Shown here piece by piece: positions 15,072-29,945 of a DNA stretch of 64,000 nt. The stretch lies in assembly GCA_964016885.1 (NCBI GenBank), contig OZ024746.1:15438001-15502000 (forward strand), written 5' to 3'. Made by a program: the position numbers and the translations under genes. The stretch is from Eledone cirrhosa (taxonomy: Eukaryota). Every line of letters begins with the position of its first letter. The first letter of the stretch is position 1. A model generated the notes under the pieces. It was not told the origin of the DNA. It did not search any database and saw nothing but the letters and a program-made list of their open reading frames with translations.

Positions 15072-15076
<5 letters not shown>
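14886..15076 (+). mobile_element. SINE family A full copy
   Basis: ggcggtggattggcagtatcgg (A-box-like)...gagttcaaatcc (B-box)...gcctttcatcctt...gtcgataaaataaagtacc...gtagaaacaattat; inserted in (TA)n. Confidence 0.88.
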
Positions 15077-15102
<26 letters not shown>

Positions 15103-15701
15103 CGCACACAAACATGCTTGGTGCATTATTATGGTTGATATAGTTACTTATTTTACTTATTCAATCAATTTAAACGTCCGTGTAGAGCTGGTAAACCATG
15201 ACTGATTGAAAATGATATATAATACCCTTTATAAAAACGTTGGTGACCGCAAAATCACAGATCATCATCTTTCGTGTAATATGTGCAGGGTATTGCAGAG
15301 CCAAAGACGATAGGTGCGTACTCCAGATGATCAGGGATGATAAAAATAATGCTTCAACTTTTACTAGGGGGAGTAATTCTAAAGAGCCAGGGTCTCCATG
15401 TAAAACAGGACAGAGAGGTGGAGTTTATGTCTCGAGACTCGAAGGAGTTATAAACAATTCTGTGAAAATGTATACAAATGTAAATACATTTTTGTTGTAA
15501 TTCCCGTACACTCAGTACTTGCCCTTATATGTTGTTGGTTATATCACAGAAGACAAGTACATTTACCTTTCTACAAATTACTATTTATATAAAAGAAAAG
15601 CCAGAAGTTTCTATTATACTCTGGATTGTGTAGGTGTGAGGTGCAGTTTAATGCGTATATAGATGTATATATTTACATGTATACATACTCACTATATATA
15701 T

Positions 15702-15734
<33 letters not shown>

Positions 15735-17554
15735 CGCACACACAAACACACACACTATATATATCTACACGCATACGCAAATATTTATATATATATAAAT
15801 ATATATACTGGCCCATACACACGTACATTATACATATACACACATACATATATACATATACACATTATACATACACACATAATACATACAATACACACAC
15901 ACACATACATACATATACACATTATACATACACACACAATACATACAATACACACACACACATATATATATATATGTGTGTGGGGGGGGATTACATAACA
16001 CACATCCCCTACACATAGAAACAGTAATGGATGGTGGAAGGCTGACATTTTCCAGCCGACTCCTGTTTTCCGTTTTTATCCTTCGTCTCCACCCACCCAC
16101 CCCACCCTCTTCTTCACCCCCCCCCCCCCCGTCTTCATCCCACCCCCTCTTCTTCATCCCACCCCACCCCCTTCAACGTCTTCTCTCTTTAAACATACTA
16201 TTATTGTAAATTCCAACACTACTGGATGTAAATATGTAATATTAGAGAGAGGGTGGGGGGAGAGTATGAGAGAAAGTGAGAGGGAGGGGGGGGGGGTGAG
16301 AGGAGAGTGTGAGAGAGGGGGAGGAAATGTGTGTAAGAGAGAGAGAGAGGGAGAAGGAGGACGTGCGAAAGCGATATATAAGGGAGAGAGAGGGAGGGAG
16401 GAAGTGCGGGTGTGAGTGTAAGAGATGGAGAGAGTGTGTGTGAGAATAGGGCGCTAGGAGAGTGGGAGAGAGAGAGAGAGAGTGAGAGAAAGAGAGGGTG
16501 ATGGTGAGAGAGGGCGATGGTGGGAGAGGGTGAGAGAAAGAGAGGGTGATGGTGAGAGAGGGTGAGAGAATGAGTGAGGGTGAGAGTGAGAAAAAGAGAG
16601 GGTGAGAGAGTGAGAGAAAATGAGAGTGTGGGTGAGGGTGAGAATGAGGAAAAGAGAAAGGAATAGAGAGTGAGAAATAGAGAGAGGAAGAGGGAGTGAG
16701 AAAGAGAGGGAGAGAAAGAAAGAGTGTGAGAAAGGGGTGTCTGTTAATGTGAAGAGAGGAATATTGTTGGAATGGAATCTGGCAGGGCTGAGATATGTCA
16801 GGGACTGAACAAACCATTGTTGGGGGAATCATGAAATCTTTGGAGAAGGAAGATGTTTGGGCGGGATTGAAGAGAGAGAGGGCGGAGGGATAGTGGGGGG
16901 GGGGGATAGGTGGGGCAGGGGGAAAGCGAACGGAGAAAAGGCGAGCGTGAAAGGATGGAAAAAAGCGAGAGAGAAGGGAGAAAGAGAGGGAGAGAGAGAG
17001 AGAGAGAAAAGAGAGAAAGAGAGTGAGAGAGAGAAGGGAGAGAAGGAAAGTGAGAGAGAGAGAGAAAAGGGAGAAAGAGAGTGAGAGAGAGAAGGGAGGA
17101 GAGTGAGAGAGAGAAGGGAGAAGGAAAGTGAGAGAGAGAGAGAAAAGGGAGAAAGAGAGTGAGAGAGAGAAGGGAGAAGGAACGTGAGAGAGAGAGAGAA
17201 GGGAGAAGGAGAGTGAAGTGAGAGAGAGAAGGGAGAAGGAGAGTGAAGTGAGAGAGAGAGAAAAGGGGGAAAGAGAGTGAGAAAGAGAGTGAAGTGAGAA
17301 AAAGGGCGATAGATAAAGAGAGAGAAGGTGCAATTAAATGGCGTCACTAAGCAATATTTATGACTGAATGTTGTGTGTGTATGTGTGTGTATGTTAGTGT
17401 ATATGTGTGTGTGTGTGTATATGTGTGTTGCTATTGATTCTTGTAAGTTTATGACAAGCCTGCCGTAGTGTATGATACTTGTATGGTCAATACAACAGTT
17501 GAAGTCGTGAGGTTTACACTTCACGTTTTCGGACGTATTGGGATGTGCTGATCT

Positions 17555-17890
17555 ATTAGTCGCTGGAGCTAAGATTAGTCGCTGGAGCTAAGATTAGTCG
17601 CTGGAGCTAAGATTAGTCGCTGGAGCTAAGATTAGTCGCTGGAGCTAAGATTAGTCGCTGGAGCTAAGATTAACAGCGACAAACAATCGCTAGAGCTAAG
17701 ATTAGTCGCTTCGAGCTAAGATTAGTCACTAGAGCTAAGATTAGTCACTAGAGCTAAGATTAGTCACTAGACCTAATATTAGTCACTAGACCTAAGATTA
17801 GTCACTAGACCTAATATTAGTCACTAGAGCTAAGATTAGTCGCTAGAGCTAAGATTAATAGCGACTAATAGCCGCTAGAACTAAGATAAT
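17555..17890. repeat. 19-bp minisatellite
   Basis: (attagtcgctggagctaag)n grading into attagtcactagagctaag variants. Confidence 0.92.
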
Positions 17891-18817
17891 CAAGAGCCAT
17901 ATTTCTGGAAAGAGATGGAATCTTCATTACACTTTACGAAAGGTGAATAGGTTAGACTAATTTACTGAGGCCGGATTTTCCAACTCACAAAATTTGTTCA
18001 AAGTATCACAGTAGCAAAGAAAGAAATGTTCTCCCTTGTTTTGAGTGAAATCGGAATTTTGTTGTGTCAAGATTTCCCCTATATATTTATTTCCTTTGTG
18101 TGATAACCTTGAACGTTCTAACAATAATAACAAATACGTTGAAGATCAAGACGGATGCTCAAGATTAATAAATACTCTCGTATATAAATGTATGTCAATG
18201 ATCTTACAAAAATGATTATATATCACTCCTGTTGTACCCTTTACAAATAGAATGATCGTAACATTCCTTAACTGCCATCATGTTTATTGTTTAATGGCAA
18301 GGCCGGTATAATTACTTAGCCTATCAGCAGGCTTCTTCCTAAATTTCTACTCATCTAGTTGTGCGATGTCAAAATACACTAACTGGTGAACTGTTTCAAT
18401 GCTAAACTTCCATTGATTCTTCATATTATCGTTTATGAAGAAACGCTGACGTTTGTAGGGAGTTATTTTGGTGGTGTTGTTGAAATTGGGGTGGGTCATT
18501 TCATATAAAGAAGCTTTGCTACGATATTTGTGTGTCACCCAGGATATTTTATCAAAACAAGTATCAGATGTAGTTACTGTTACAATGCGGTGTATTTCTT
18601 TTTATAATAATATTAGGTTTATTATAAAATAATTGAAATGAAAACCAAACATATCCAATATACAAAATGTCACAATGTCTCAGGAAAGTGACATTTGTCA
18701 ATCTATATTCATTTCAATATGGATAGTGGCAATGTTCTACTTATTTACTGCGACTTTGTGGTTTCTATCGCACCATTCAGGCCAAGAGGTGCACACCCAG
18801 AATAGAGATAGTTTCCG

Positions 18818-18867
<50 letters not shown>

Positions 18868-18930
18868 AGAGAGACAAAAAAAAGGAAAAAAAAATATTTT
18901 TCTTCCTCATAATCGTCTCTTTCTCCCTGT

Positions 18931-18970
<40 letters not shown>

Positions 18971-19015
18971 GTATATATATATTAAAATAACAGATTAAAG
19001 TTTAAGCAAAGAACG

Positions 19016-19805
19016 TATATATATAAAGTTGTATTCCTGTCTGTCTGTCTGTTTGTTTGTTCACGAACTCTCCTATGGTTTTGGAGATAGACCCCATAAC
19101 CATATATATTCTGAAACTACATTGCCCAGGGTACTTGGATAAGTATATTTCATTTTAATCAACGGGTTCCTCGGGTACACAAAACCCCCGCTGAAAATGT
19201 TTTCCCTTCGATTTATATGAAATTTAAGCCATAGGTACATGACAAGATATGATGCCTATTCACAAAATCTCAGCAAATTTCAATAATATTAAGACACTCT
19301 CATTAGGGTTCCCGGAGGCACAAACCCCCGCTGAAAATTTTTTCCTTTCGATTTATATGAAATTTAAGCCATAAGTAAATGATAAGATATGATGCCTATT
19401 CACAAAATTTCGGCAAATTTCAATAATATTAAGACATCCTAATGGGAGTTAAACCCCTATTAGGGTTCCCGGAGGCACAAACTCCCACTGAAAATGTTTT
19501 CCCTTCGATTTATATGAAATTTAAACCATAGGTAAATGATAAGATATGATGCCTATTCACAAAGGTTTTGAATTGATATTTTGAAAAAATTATTTACAAG
19601 AAACAAAATAAGAATAAGATTTAATAATGTAATTTTGATTTGATATATTACAAAAAATACCAATTATTCATGCATTACATTTTACATTGAGTAATATTGA
19701 AATGCAGAGTTTTTCTCCATAAATTATATCACTGATTTAAAATCAATCATCATTTTCTTACAAAAAAAAAAAAATGTGAAACGCAGCAAGGCGCGGGTAA
19801 TTCGG

Positions 19806-19809
<4 letters not shown>
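19016..19809 (+). mobile_element. Probable non-autonomous Helitron with three internal ~120-145 bp repeats
   Basis: 5' tatatatataaag...(ctgt)n(ttgt)n; 3' GC-rich cgcagcaaggcgcggg followed about 8 nt later by CTA at a (TA)n junction. Internal repeats of aaacccccgctgaaaa...gatgcctattcacaaaa. Confidence 0.55.
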
Positions 19810-19891
<82 letters not shown>

Positions 19892-20887
19892 GTCATATAT
19901 AAATCATATGAAGGCGTTAGATGTATGAAACCGATGGTAATGTACAAATATGTCATACTGTTAATATAAATATTTTCAACTTCCACTTATTTTGATTGCT
20001 CTTTTCTTACGTTTGTGCCCACACTTTTGAATGTGTGTATATATATATATATATATATACACATACATATACTAATATACGAACACACGTTTTCATACAC
20101 ACACACACACACACACATATCTGTCTATATATACATATTTCAACACATACATTGTCGCCTACTTCCGAGTGGAAGTCTGCCTAGTAGAGTTTTAAACAAG
20201 CCTTCCAGTCATTTTGTTGTTTTCTATGTTGTATCTCCAGTCCATAAAGAGATCTTTCAAAATAACTTGAAATTAAATAGAGAACCAAAGAAAAAAAAAA
20301 AGAACCAAAGAATGAAAGAAATTATACAGAAACGAGATTCTTTCTTGCTTTCCGTTCTGCTGGATTGTAAAATGTGAAAGACCCCTTTAAACATTGGTCT
20401 CTTATTCAAAGAAATGGCTAATAAGCCGAAACAACGAACTTTTTATATGTATCGGAATTTATTTTTTATTTTAGTTTGTTGTCTTCTATAGAAAAGCAAG
20501 TAGAAGCTGTCTCTAAATCTGTTAAGCAGTGTATTGTATGAAACATATATATAATTAACTATACACTTATGTATGGATGGCTGTGTATAATAGATTGAGG
20601 GGACGGGACGGGTTGGAATTGGAAAAAATGTCTTTAGAGAAAATATTTAAGATTGGGCATATTGAAGGTACTAGGGTGGAAGTGGAAAATAGACGGGTGA
20701 GAAGAAGAAGGTGTAAGAGGATTGTAGTAGAGGAAACGTGGTCGAGAGTCGTGCAATATTTAAATACAAGAAGCAAAAAAAAATTCAATGATACGAAAGA
20801 TTTCTAGGTGGAAGTTCAGGTGTACTCCGGGTTGGTATCCAGTTTCGGGGTGAAAATCCAACGAATTTTGAGAGGTCCACGTAAGTT

Positions 20888-20929
<42 letters not shown>

Positions 20930-20932
<3 letters not shown>

Positions 20933-21174
20933 AAAAGGTAAACAGAAATAACAACACAATCGGTACAGTATATGGAAGGGATATATTAGGTTAACGTTTG
21001 ATATAGCAGGAAGAGGGTTTTAACGTTTCGGACACTAGTTCTTCATTCTTTCTTTTGATGAAGGACTAGCGTCCGAAATGTTAAGACCCTCTTCCTGCTA
21101 TATCAAGCGTTAACCTAATATATCCCTTCCATATACTGTACCGATGCTATTGTTATTTCTGTTTACCTTTTACA
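20930..21174. mobile_element. Fold-back element with a minimal hammerhead (21051-21086, +)
   Basis: Inverted arms of ~115 bp between TA tracts; the right arm starts with tctt-TTGATGA-A-ggac-tagc-gtcc-GAAA-tg-TT-aaga. Confidence 0.8.
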
Positions 21175-21613
21175 TACATATATATATATACAGTATATAC
21201 ACAGTTAAGTATGGATGGTAGTATATATAGAGTTATGTATGGATGGATGTATATATACACTTATGTATGGATGATTATTTATATACACATCATATATACA
21301 GTTATGGATGGATGGTAGTATATAGAGAGTTATGTATGGATGTATATATACTGTATATATATATACAGTTATGTATGGATGGCAGTATACATATATATAC
21401 AGTATATATATACAGTTATGTATGGATGGCTGTATATATATACACTATATATACTGTTATGTATGGATGGCTGTATATATATACACTATATATACTGTTA
21501 TGTATGGATGGCAGTAAATATACAATATTTAGACAGTTATGTATGGATGGTAGTTATGTACGTATGGTGTATATCTACAGTTATGTAGATATGATGTATA
21601 TATGTAGGTATTT

Positions 21614-21767
<154 letters not shown>

Positions 21768-21879
21768 CTAACACCAGATCAACTCTGTATGCATGCAAGT
21801 GTTGCCAGGTGTGTCTGTTTGATATAAATACAAGCATTCATTCAGTTCCCGAGAATTGTTGGCTTGTGGATTTATAACT

Positions 21880-22380
21880 GTCGTTCTATGTAGGGCGGAT
21901 CCAGGTACCAGCTGAGTGCTGCCTGGTTATGTAGCCACTCCTTTGTTTAACCGGAAAGAACAGGTGGTTTTCCACTGTGACTGTAGCAGAAGATATTCAG
22001 TGGGTATAAAGAAGTAAGGGTAGAGGTCATTATACTTTTCAAGTTCCACTTGAGAGAGAAGTGAGGGTGGTATAGGAAGTGCTGTTACCTTGCAAAGTTG
22101 ACCCTCAATTTATCATAATCTCTGTAGCACAATACGGATAGGTGCTCGGGGAGTGTTTGTATTGCCATGTTGGTCCAGATGCACCAAACCACTTCCGAAG
22201 TCAACAGGACATTTACAGAGCTGTAACACATTGTCGCCGTCGTGAGAGAGACGGTAAGGTTTGGGCTGCAAAGAAGAAAGCTCAACGTACGGGGTTTTTT
22301 AAAGTAACAAACTATCAATACTTGAATTGGGAGCATATGGAAAAAGACGATTGTCAGCGTTGTGCAGTGCCCTGATAGAA
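21880..22380 (+). pseudogene. Decayed 3' end of a Tx1-like LINE ORF2
   Basis: With a frameshift it reads IVAVVRETV..WAAKKKAQRTGFF, resembling VIAMAKEVVWWTRLKGLRSGTF at the end of the 55-kb LINE. Confidence 0.45.
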
Positions 22381-22448
22381 TGGGGAGGAGGGGGATCCAC
22401 ACAGGTGTGGGTGGATTGCCCGCATTTGTTATATATGTGTGTGTGTAG

Positions 22449-22684
22449 CCATTTTCTCTTCTATCTTTGTTATATTTCTTAGCTGTCTTTACAACAGGTT
22501 TTCAAACATTCAATAAATTTTGTTTCGTATTTTATTCTTATTTATTGTCGTCTCTCTGTTGACATTCTCTCCAAATGTAAGTTATTGTAAATGGAAAACA
22601 TTTTCTTTCACAAGAAAACAGATATATAGATCAGATATATAGATCACCATTTTGTGTTCGTTCGATCGTGCCACATTTAGTTGA

Positions 22685-22780
<96 letters not shown>

Positions 22781-23042
22781 AAGAAAAACTTGAACTGTTA
22801 AGGTATCTTTTTTTGGTTATGTCAAAATTTATAAAACAAACTTTGTATTTTATCTGATGAGAGCGTACCAAAGTTTTGGTACCCTTGAAATATATATAAT
22901 AGAATAAATATGGTTTTATAAATATAGTTTCCATTTATTTAATATCATTGAATATTATACGCCAGAAAACTTGTCGAGTGCTCTGAATCAGTTATAAACA
23001 TTTATATTTGTTGAATTACCAACAAATTGAATATCCCTTTTG

Positions 23043-23093
<51 letters not shown>

Positions 23094-23365
23094 AACGCAC
23101 CTTTTATTTGTTGTTGTTTTTTGGTTGTTAAAAAGAACCCCCCCCCCCCCCCCCCCACTCTGCGTCCAATACGCCGGTATGATCGATGGAAGGCCGAACG
23201 GACGATGAGGACAATAGAAGCAAAATGATGACGACATTATATAAGAGTTTCTGAGAACACAATGAAATAATTTAAAATAAATTTAGAAAAAAATGTACTA
23301 AAATTCGCTTTTCTCTCAAAATGTCATTGTAAAACTAGAGGGCGTTCAATAGACCGACAAATACG

Positions 23366-23439
<74 letters not shown>

Positions 23440-23849
23440 GCACTTACATATATATTCCAGTTAGTGATCATTGAAATAATGTGCAAGTAAAAACATATAA
23501 AAGAAAGGAGTGGTCACGTGACAAGTGGCATCAATATTGGGCTACGTAGGGGTCATGTGAAACGACAACTTAACGAGTCACTTTAACACAGATTTACATG
23601 AGAATTTCCTTTTGTATAAATATCCATTTTCTCCTCTATCTTTGTTATATTTCTTAGCTGTCTTTACAACAGGTTTTCAAACATTCAATAAATTTTGTTT
23701 CGTATTTTATTCTTATTTATTGTCGTCTCTCTGTTGACATTCTCTTCAAATGTAAGTTATTGTAAATGGAAAACATTTTCTTTCACAAGAAAACAGATAT
23801 ATAGATCAGATATATAGATCAGCATTTTGTGTTCGTTCGATCGTGCCAC
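22449..23849 (+). repeat. ~226-bp near-identical direct repeat (22449-22674 and 23624-23849)
   Basis: ccattttctc..ctatctttgttatatttcttagctg...gttcgttcgatcgtgccac occurs twice with about 3 mismatches. Confidence 0.92.
22846..22906 (+). ncRNA. Structurally complete minimal type I hammerhead ribozyme
   Basis: tattttat-CTGATGA-gagcgtaccaa-agtt-ttggtaccctt-GAAA-tatata-TA-atagaata: 8-bp stem I (one G-U), ~10-bp stem II, palindromic stem III, predicted cleavage after 22898. Confidence 0.75.
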
Positions 23850-23900
23850 GTGGACGGGTATTGCACACACGCTGAGACATACATATATGAGGCACACACA

Positions 23901-24008
<108 letters not shown>

Positions 24009-24317
24009 CACACACACACACAGACACACACACACAGACACACACACATATATCTGTATGTAGTTGACGGCCGAGAGAAAACTGTACTCAGTACCGAAGT
24101 TCAGTTTAAATATCCATTTTATTAAGGCAAAATTGTGAGGGGCAGAGTCTTCAAACGCTCCTTCCAGAGGGTCCTGTCAGAAGTAACTGTCTCCAACTTA
24201 TCCGGCTGGATCCCCATGCGAGACCAGCCAAGCTCATGGATGTTATCCAACCATCTTGCTCGGGATCTACCCATAAGTTTTAAGCTGTGAACATGTAACT
24301 ATCTCAATAGCCTGTGG

Positions 24318-24366
24318 AAATGCCAGGCAGCTGTTTCTGGATTATTATTCGTCGTCAGTGACATTT
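24318..24366 (-). ncRNA. Degenerate minimal type I hammerhead
   Basis: Minus strand reads aaatgtca-CTGACGA-cgaat-aata-atcca-GAAA-cagctg-CC-tggcattt: 8-bp stem I, palindromic stem III, U16.1 mutated to C. Confidence 0.6.
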
Positions 24367-25066
24367 ACTTACTGGCTATTGTAGCAAGAATAAACTAAAG
24401 ATTATATGTTGTTGTTTTTCGCTTATGAAACATCTGATGTCGCAGCTCATTTGCATATTGTACAAATAAAGCATCGACTAGAGAGGCTCATTTAGATATT
24501 GCGAAAACTTGACTGGTAAGGACTAATTAGTAGTAGCACTAACATGACGTCGTTCATAACCATTCCCAGCGATACTCTCGTATCATAACCATATCGTACA
24601 TAAACATATCGTATATGATTTCATGGGAGAGAGATAGAGATGACGAGAAGAGATATAGAGGAAGAATCGACCCGAGTAGTGTTTTTTTTATCGATTTTGA
24701 AATGATAAAAAGCAAAGTTGACCTTGACGGGATTTGAACGCAGACAACCAGGAGGAAAAACTGCAAATCATTCAATCTGACGTTCTAATGACTCTGCCAA
24801 TTCGCCACCTCCTACATATAATTATTTACTCATAACATCTCGGAAACATCCTTATTTCTCTATTAACAAGAAACGATGGAGAAAGTTCTGTTTATAGTTA
24901 TGATTTAAATAGAAGAAAAATATAACAAAGTTAAAATGAGGGATGAGAAATTGAAAGGAAAAATCAGGGGAGTGATGGGAACGGGTGTCATCTTTTGGTA
25001 TTAAAATGTCTTCCAAACCTCAGAGGTATCATTTCCGGCAGGAACTAACCCAACAATATATATACA

Positions 25067-25109
<43 letters not shown>

Positions 25110-25559
25110 CACAAATATACATACAACCATTCATAAACACACACACACATAAAGACATATATATATATATTTGTGAGTGCGTGCGCGTGTATGTGTGTGT
25201 GTGTGAGGGCGGGCGTGTGTGTGTGTGTGAGGGCGGGCGTGTGTGTGTGTGTGTGAGGGCGGGCGTGTGTGTGTATATATATATATATATAAAGTGAGAG
25301 AAAAAAAAAGAGAGATATGGAAGGGGAGTAGAAAGAGAATATACAGCAAATCAAATATGGTTTGTGGATTGAGAACTCTTCAGTGAAAGAGATAGAAACG
25401 ATGCTATCTAGTGTTTGGTCTCCATAAACAGTGCATCCGTTGTGTCTGCTTGTCAAAACAGGGGAACAGGGCACATGAATACCCCAGTGTAATTTCTCTG
25501 GAACAGATTCACTTTCTATCCTGCCTCAACTGAAGCAAATAGTCTTTATTTAGATAGAT

Positions 25560-28500
25560 TTTTACAGACACACTCACACAGACATATACACATACACTCA
25601 CACAGACATATACACACATACTCACACAAACATATACAGACGCACACAGACATATACATATGCAGATATATACATAAACTCACACAGGCATATACAGACA
25701 CACACTCACACAGACTTTTACATATGCAGATATATACACACACTCACACAGACATATACAGACACACACAGACATATACAGACACACACTCAGATATATA
25801 CAGACACACAGTCACACAGACAGATACAGACACACACTCAGATATATACAGACACACACTCACACAGACATATACATATGTAGATATACAGACACACACT
25901 CAGATATATACAGACACACACTCACACAGACATATACATATGTAGATATACAGACACACACTCAGATATATACAGACACACACTCACACAGACATATACA
26001 TATGTAGATATACAGACACACACTCAGATATATACAGACACACAGTCACACAGACAGATACAGACACACACTCACACAGACATATACAGACACACACTCA
26101 CACAAACATATACAGACACACACACACACAGATATATACATATGTAGATATACAGACACACACTCAGATATATACAGACACACACTCACACAGACATATA
26201 CAGACACACACTCACACAGACATATACAGACACACACTCACACAGACATATACAGACACACACTCACAGACATATACAGACACACACTCACACAGACATA
26301 TACAGACACACACTCACACAAACATATACAGACACACACACACACAGATATATACATATGTAGATATACAGACACACACTCAGATATATACAGACACACA
26401 CTCACACAGACATATACAGACACACACTCACACAGACATATACAGACATACACTCACACAGACATATACAGACACACACTCACACAGATATATACAGACA
26501 CACACACACACAGATATATACATATGTAGATATACAGACACACACTCAGATATATACAGACACACACTCAGATATATACAGACACACACTCACACAGACA
26601 TATACAGACACACACTCACAGACATATACAGACACACAGTCACACAGACAGATACAGACACACACTCACACAGACATATACAGACACACACTCACACAGA
26701 CATATACATATGTAGATATACAGACACACACTCAGATATATACAGACACACACTCACACAGACATATACAGACACACACTCACACAAACATATACAGACA
26801 CACACAGATATATACATATGTAGATATACACACACACACTCACATAGACATATACAGACACACACTCACACAAACATATACAGACACACACAGATATATA
26901 CATATGTAGATATACACACACACACTCACATAGACATATACAGACACACACTCACACAGACATATACAGACACACACAGATATATACATATGTAGATATA
27001 CACACACACACTCACATAGACATATACACAGATATACAGACACACCCACACAGATATATATATATATGTAGAGATATACAGACACACATACACAGATATA
27101 TACATATACACAGATATACTGACACACACACAGATATATACATATACACAGATATACAAACAAACGCACTCACACAGATATATAGACATATACATACGCA
27201 CAGATATACAGACATACACACTCACAGATATATACACATGCACATATATACACACACACACACACTCACACAGAGAGATATATACACATGTACATATATA
27301 CACACACACGTACTCACACAGACAGATATATACACATGTACATATATACAGACACACACACACACTCACACAGACAGATATATACACATGTACATATATA
27401 CACACACACACACACTCACACAGACAGATATATACACATGTACATATATACACACACACACGTACTCACACAGACAGATATATACACATGCACATATATA
27501 CACACATACACACTCACACAGACAGATATATACACATGTACATATATACACACACACACACGTACTCACACAGACAGATATATACACATGCACATATATA
27601 CAGACACACACGTACTCACACAGACAGATATATACACATGTACATATATACACACACACACACACTCACACAGACAGATATATACACATGTACATATATA
27701 CACACACACGTACTCACACAGACAGATATATACACATGTACATATATACACACACACACGTACTCACACAGACAGATATATACACATGTACATATATACA
27801 CACACACGTACTCACACAGACAGATATATACACATGTACATATATACACACACACACACGTACTCACACAGACAGATATATACACATGTACATATATACA
27901 CACACACACGTACTCACACAGACAGATATATACACATGTACATATATACACACACACACACGTACTCACACAGACAGATATATACACATGTACATATATA
28001 CACACACACACGGACTCACACAGACAGATATATACACATGCACATATATACACACACACACGTACTCACACAGACAGATATATACACATGTACATATATA
28101 CACACACACACGTACTCACACAGACAGATATATACACATGCACATATACACACACACACACGTACTCACACAGACAGATATATACGTACGTACATATATA
28201 CAGACATGCACACAGACATATACAATCACACATATACTGACATACGCACAGACAGACAGAGCTACACATACGTACAGACACATACACACGCACGAACATT
28301 TGTATGAAAAGGTGTGTGTGCATGCGTACGTATATGTGTATGTGTGCAAGTGTGTATATGTGTGTGTGCAGGTGTGTATATGTGTGTGCAGGTGTGTATA
28401 TGTGTGTGCATGCGTACGTATATGTGTGTGTGCAGGTGTGTATATGTGTGTGCAGGTGTGTATATGTGTGTGCATGCGTACGTATATGTGTGTGTGCAGG

Positions 28501-28660
28501 TGTGTATATATGTGTGTGCAGGTGTGTATATGTGTGTGCAGGTGTGTATATGTGTGTGCATGCGTACGTATATGTGTGTGTGCAGGTGTGTATATATGTG
28601 TGTGCAGGTGTGTATATGTGTGTGCAGGTGTGTATATGTGTGTGCAGGTGTGTATATTAA
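25560..28660. repeat. Complex CA/TA-derived satellite blocks (about 20-42 bp units)
   Basis: cacagacatatacagacacacact, ctcacacagacagatatatacacatgtacatatatacacacacacgta and gtgcaggtgtgtatatgt units. Confidence 0.9.
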
Positions 28661-28729
28661 CACACATTCCAGTGATTACATGATTTTAAGAGTGTACAGA
28701 TCTGTTAGACTAATTGCTAAATATGTAAT

Positions 28730-28832
<103 letters not shown>

Positions 28833-28833
28833 G

Positions 28834-28869
<36 letters not shown>

Positions 28870-28972
28870 CAAATGTATATATATATACTTATGTGTGTGT
28901 ATATATATATACTTATTTACATATATATACTTATGTATATATATATACAGATGTGTATATATACTTATATGA

Positions 28973-29017
<45 letters not shown>

Positions 29018-29087
29018 AATGTATATATATATATATATATATACATAAGTATATATATGTAAATAAGTATATATATATACATTTGTG

Positions 29088-29143
<56 letters not shown>

Positions 29144-29183
29144 CACAAATGTATATATATATACTTATTTACATATATATACT

Positions 29184-29274
<91 letters not shown>

Positions 29275-29618
29275 GTATATATGTATATACATACGCACAT
29301 ATATATATATATACACATATATACATACCTCTGTGTGTATGTTTTGTGTACTTTTTCCCCACTTCCTTTGCACATTCAATCCGTGTTGTGTATTTCTCCG
29401 AAATTACACAAAGACGATCATTCTTGTAATTTGACCATCGTACTCGCAATGATAACAAACCACAATACATTCCCAGCCTTGTTAATATGCAAAACGTTGT
29501 TTGCATATTAACAACGAAATAACTGTGCCGTGTTGAAGATGTTATAATGTGGACTGTCTTCTGTTGAGTGTTACATTAGCTGACACGAATATGTTAATTT
29601 ACTCATAAGAAAACACAT

Positions 29619-29744
29619 AAGAAAAGTGTCAGGACCCCGACGGCTGAGCTCCAGCCGTTTCAACAGCTAAATCCGAACTAAACCACTATTGGTTTAGTTC
29701 GGAAACGGCCGGAACTCAGCCGTCGAATTCCTGACACTTTTCCT
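29619..29744. mobile_element. GACCCCGACGGC fold-back family copy
   Basis: gaaaagtgtcagga..cgacggctgag mirrored by ctcagccgtcg..tcctgacacttttc; internal hairpin tccgaactaaacca/tggtttagttcgga followed by GAAAcggc. Confidence 0.8.
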
Positions 29745-29751
29745 ATATACA

Positions 29752-29880
29752 TACAGAGAGAAAAGAGTACTCAATACCGAAGTAGAGTTTTAATATTCAT
29801 TTTATTAAGGCTAAATAGTGATTCTTGTTACTCTGAAGTTTCGCCTGTTGAACTAGACATAGCATTAAGCCTTAATAAAA

Positions 29881-29887
<7 letters not shown>
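29752..29887 (-). mobile_element. Fold-back remnant with GTATTGAGTAC tail, related to 24076-24130
   Basis: atattcattttattaaggct / agccttaataaaatgaatat inverted pair; gtactcaataccgaagt is shared with 24084. Confidence 0.65.

Positions 29888-29945
<58 letters not shown>

Noticed and set aside
18347-18578. Open minus-strand frame after a possible acceptor
   Set aside because: No recognisable domain or good donor; cannot be supported as an exon.
22142-22375. 77-aa Cys-containing ORF as a host gene
   Set aside because: Preceded by a stop, has no ATG start and resembles a decayed LINE ORF2 C-terminus.
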